A program made the position numbers and the translations under genes. A DNA stretch of 63,522 nt, counting the filler, from Octopus bimaculoides (taxonomy: Eukaryota), in NCBI RefSeq assembly GCF_001194135.2. It is 5 parts of 5 records of this genome, joined end to end, with 100 filler letters (N's around TTAATTAATTAA, not from the genome) between each part and the next. Parts side by side here need not be neighbours in the genome. Positions count along the whole stretch, not along the records: positions 62,444 to 63,522 come from NW_026410084.1; 4 more parts are not named here. The stretch is one strand, 5' to 3'. Shown in pieces: positions 62,605 through 63,522 of the stretch (positions are counted from its first letter, which is position 1; each line of letters starts with the position of its first letter). The notes under the pieces are model-generated. The model ran no database searches. It was not told where the DNA came from and saw only the letters and a program-made list of their open reading frames with translations.

Positions 62605-62662
62605 AAGAAACGTTCTTGTATCATAGCTCGTCTGAAATTATATTGGCATACATATTCTTGAG
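62605..62662 (+). CDS. Candidate internal coding exon (58 nt, phase 1/2)
   Basis: atatgttttcacag|AA GAA ACG...TTC TTG AG|gtgagt. Only one frame is open: ETFLYHSSSEIILAYIFL. Confidence 0.45.
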
Positions 62663-62965
62663 GTGAGTTTGACATATATGATTTATACAAACGTATATCT
62701 TGTTTGCAGCATTTCAATTTTTATTGGCGGTTCCTCAGCATAGCCACAGCCTTAGGGCTGAAGCATGTAAAAAAATATATATAACAGAAATGAGAAGGCT
62801 GGAAGGGGACAAAGAAAGATTAGGGGTCACAGGTTGCTTTGAGTCTTTTGTATAGGAAAAGGCTTTAGTATACACGTCTTTGTGTTTTGTGGTTAAAATG
62901 TTTCGTATGTGTATTTCATGTGCAAGATTCTTGATGTGGATACGCGTGTTGAAAGAAATACAATT

Positions 62966-63201
62966 AAACCTTGGGAGAGGCATTATGCCGGTAATAAACA
63001 CACGCACTGGTTCAGTCCTTTATTAATTTATAAACAGTATATAGTTTATATATATACTGTTTATAAATTAATATATAATATAATATAATATATTATATAA
63101 TGTGATATATAATATAATATAACTATATACTGTTTATAAATTAATAAAGGACTGAACCAGTGCGTGTGTTTATTACCAGCATAATGCCTCTCTGAAGGTT
63201 T
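62966..63201. mobile_element. Fold-back element with 81-bp inverted arms
   Basis: 62966-63046 and 63121-63201 are reverse complements with 3 mismatches, around an AT-rich spacer. Confidence 0.85.
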
Positions 63202-63522
63202 AGTTGTGGTTAAAATGGTTTTTCTTTTTTGTAGTATGGGAAAAATGTCAGTTAACTGACCTGGATCCAGTTTCACTGATTTTAGCTTTTCAAAGTTTTA
63301 TGCGATTTTTCCACATTTTTTTTCCATATTGTATATAAATATATGAGCTCATCTGTATGTGTTTTGTTGATGTGTAGCACCAGGCCAATTGTAACTAAGC
63401 AAACCTCTGGTCAAAGACATTCCAGCCAAAGCTTTGAAATAAAGAAGACCATATTATAAAATGTGACCGTGCCTTTTCAGAGAAGACAGGGCGGGCTCTG
63501 AGAGAATTGAGCTGCTATTTTT

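Overview
This is AT-rich, microsatellite-saturated, heavily gapped eukaryotic DNA. The SINE and LINE families look like those of octopus (coleoid cephalopod), but that assignment is from recall, not a search. There are no prokaryotic features (no operon, CRISPR, rRNA or true tRNA), and almost all ORFs in the supplied track are microsatellite or N-run artefacts. Real content: (1) a same-strand train at 28.4-40.5 kb of R4/Dong-clade RLE non-LTR retrotransposon fragments, plus a ~560-bp non-coding (TAA)n-tailed partner element, each separated by (TAA)n tracts, with one HERO-like RLE end next to a (GAA)n tract; a smaller version of the train sits at 3.4-4.7 kb; (2) many copies of three tRNA-headed SINE families; (3) Penelope-like, CR1-like and RTE-like LINE relics, including one near-intact Penelope-type hammerhead ribozyme (19313-19360); (4) several long fold-back elements, one of which encloses degenerate TTAGGG repeats; (5) at least two convincing spliced + strand coding exons (54357-54422, 54552-54753) of a host gene I cannot name, plus weaker exon candidates; (6) assembly artefacts: four N44-TTAATTAATTAA-N44 join spacers, an Illumina adapter remnant and an unmerged contig overlap.
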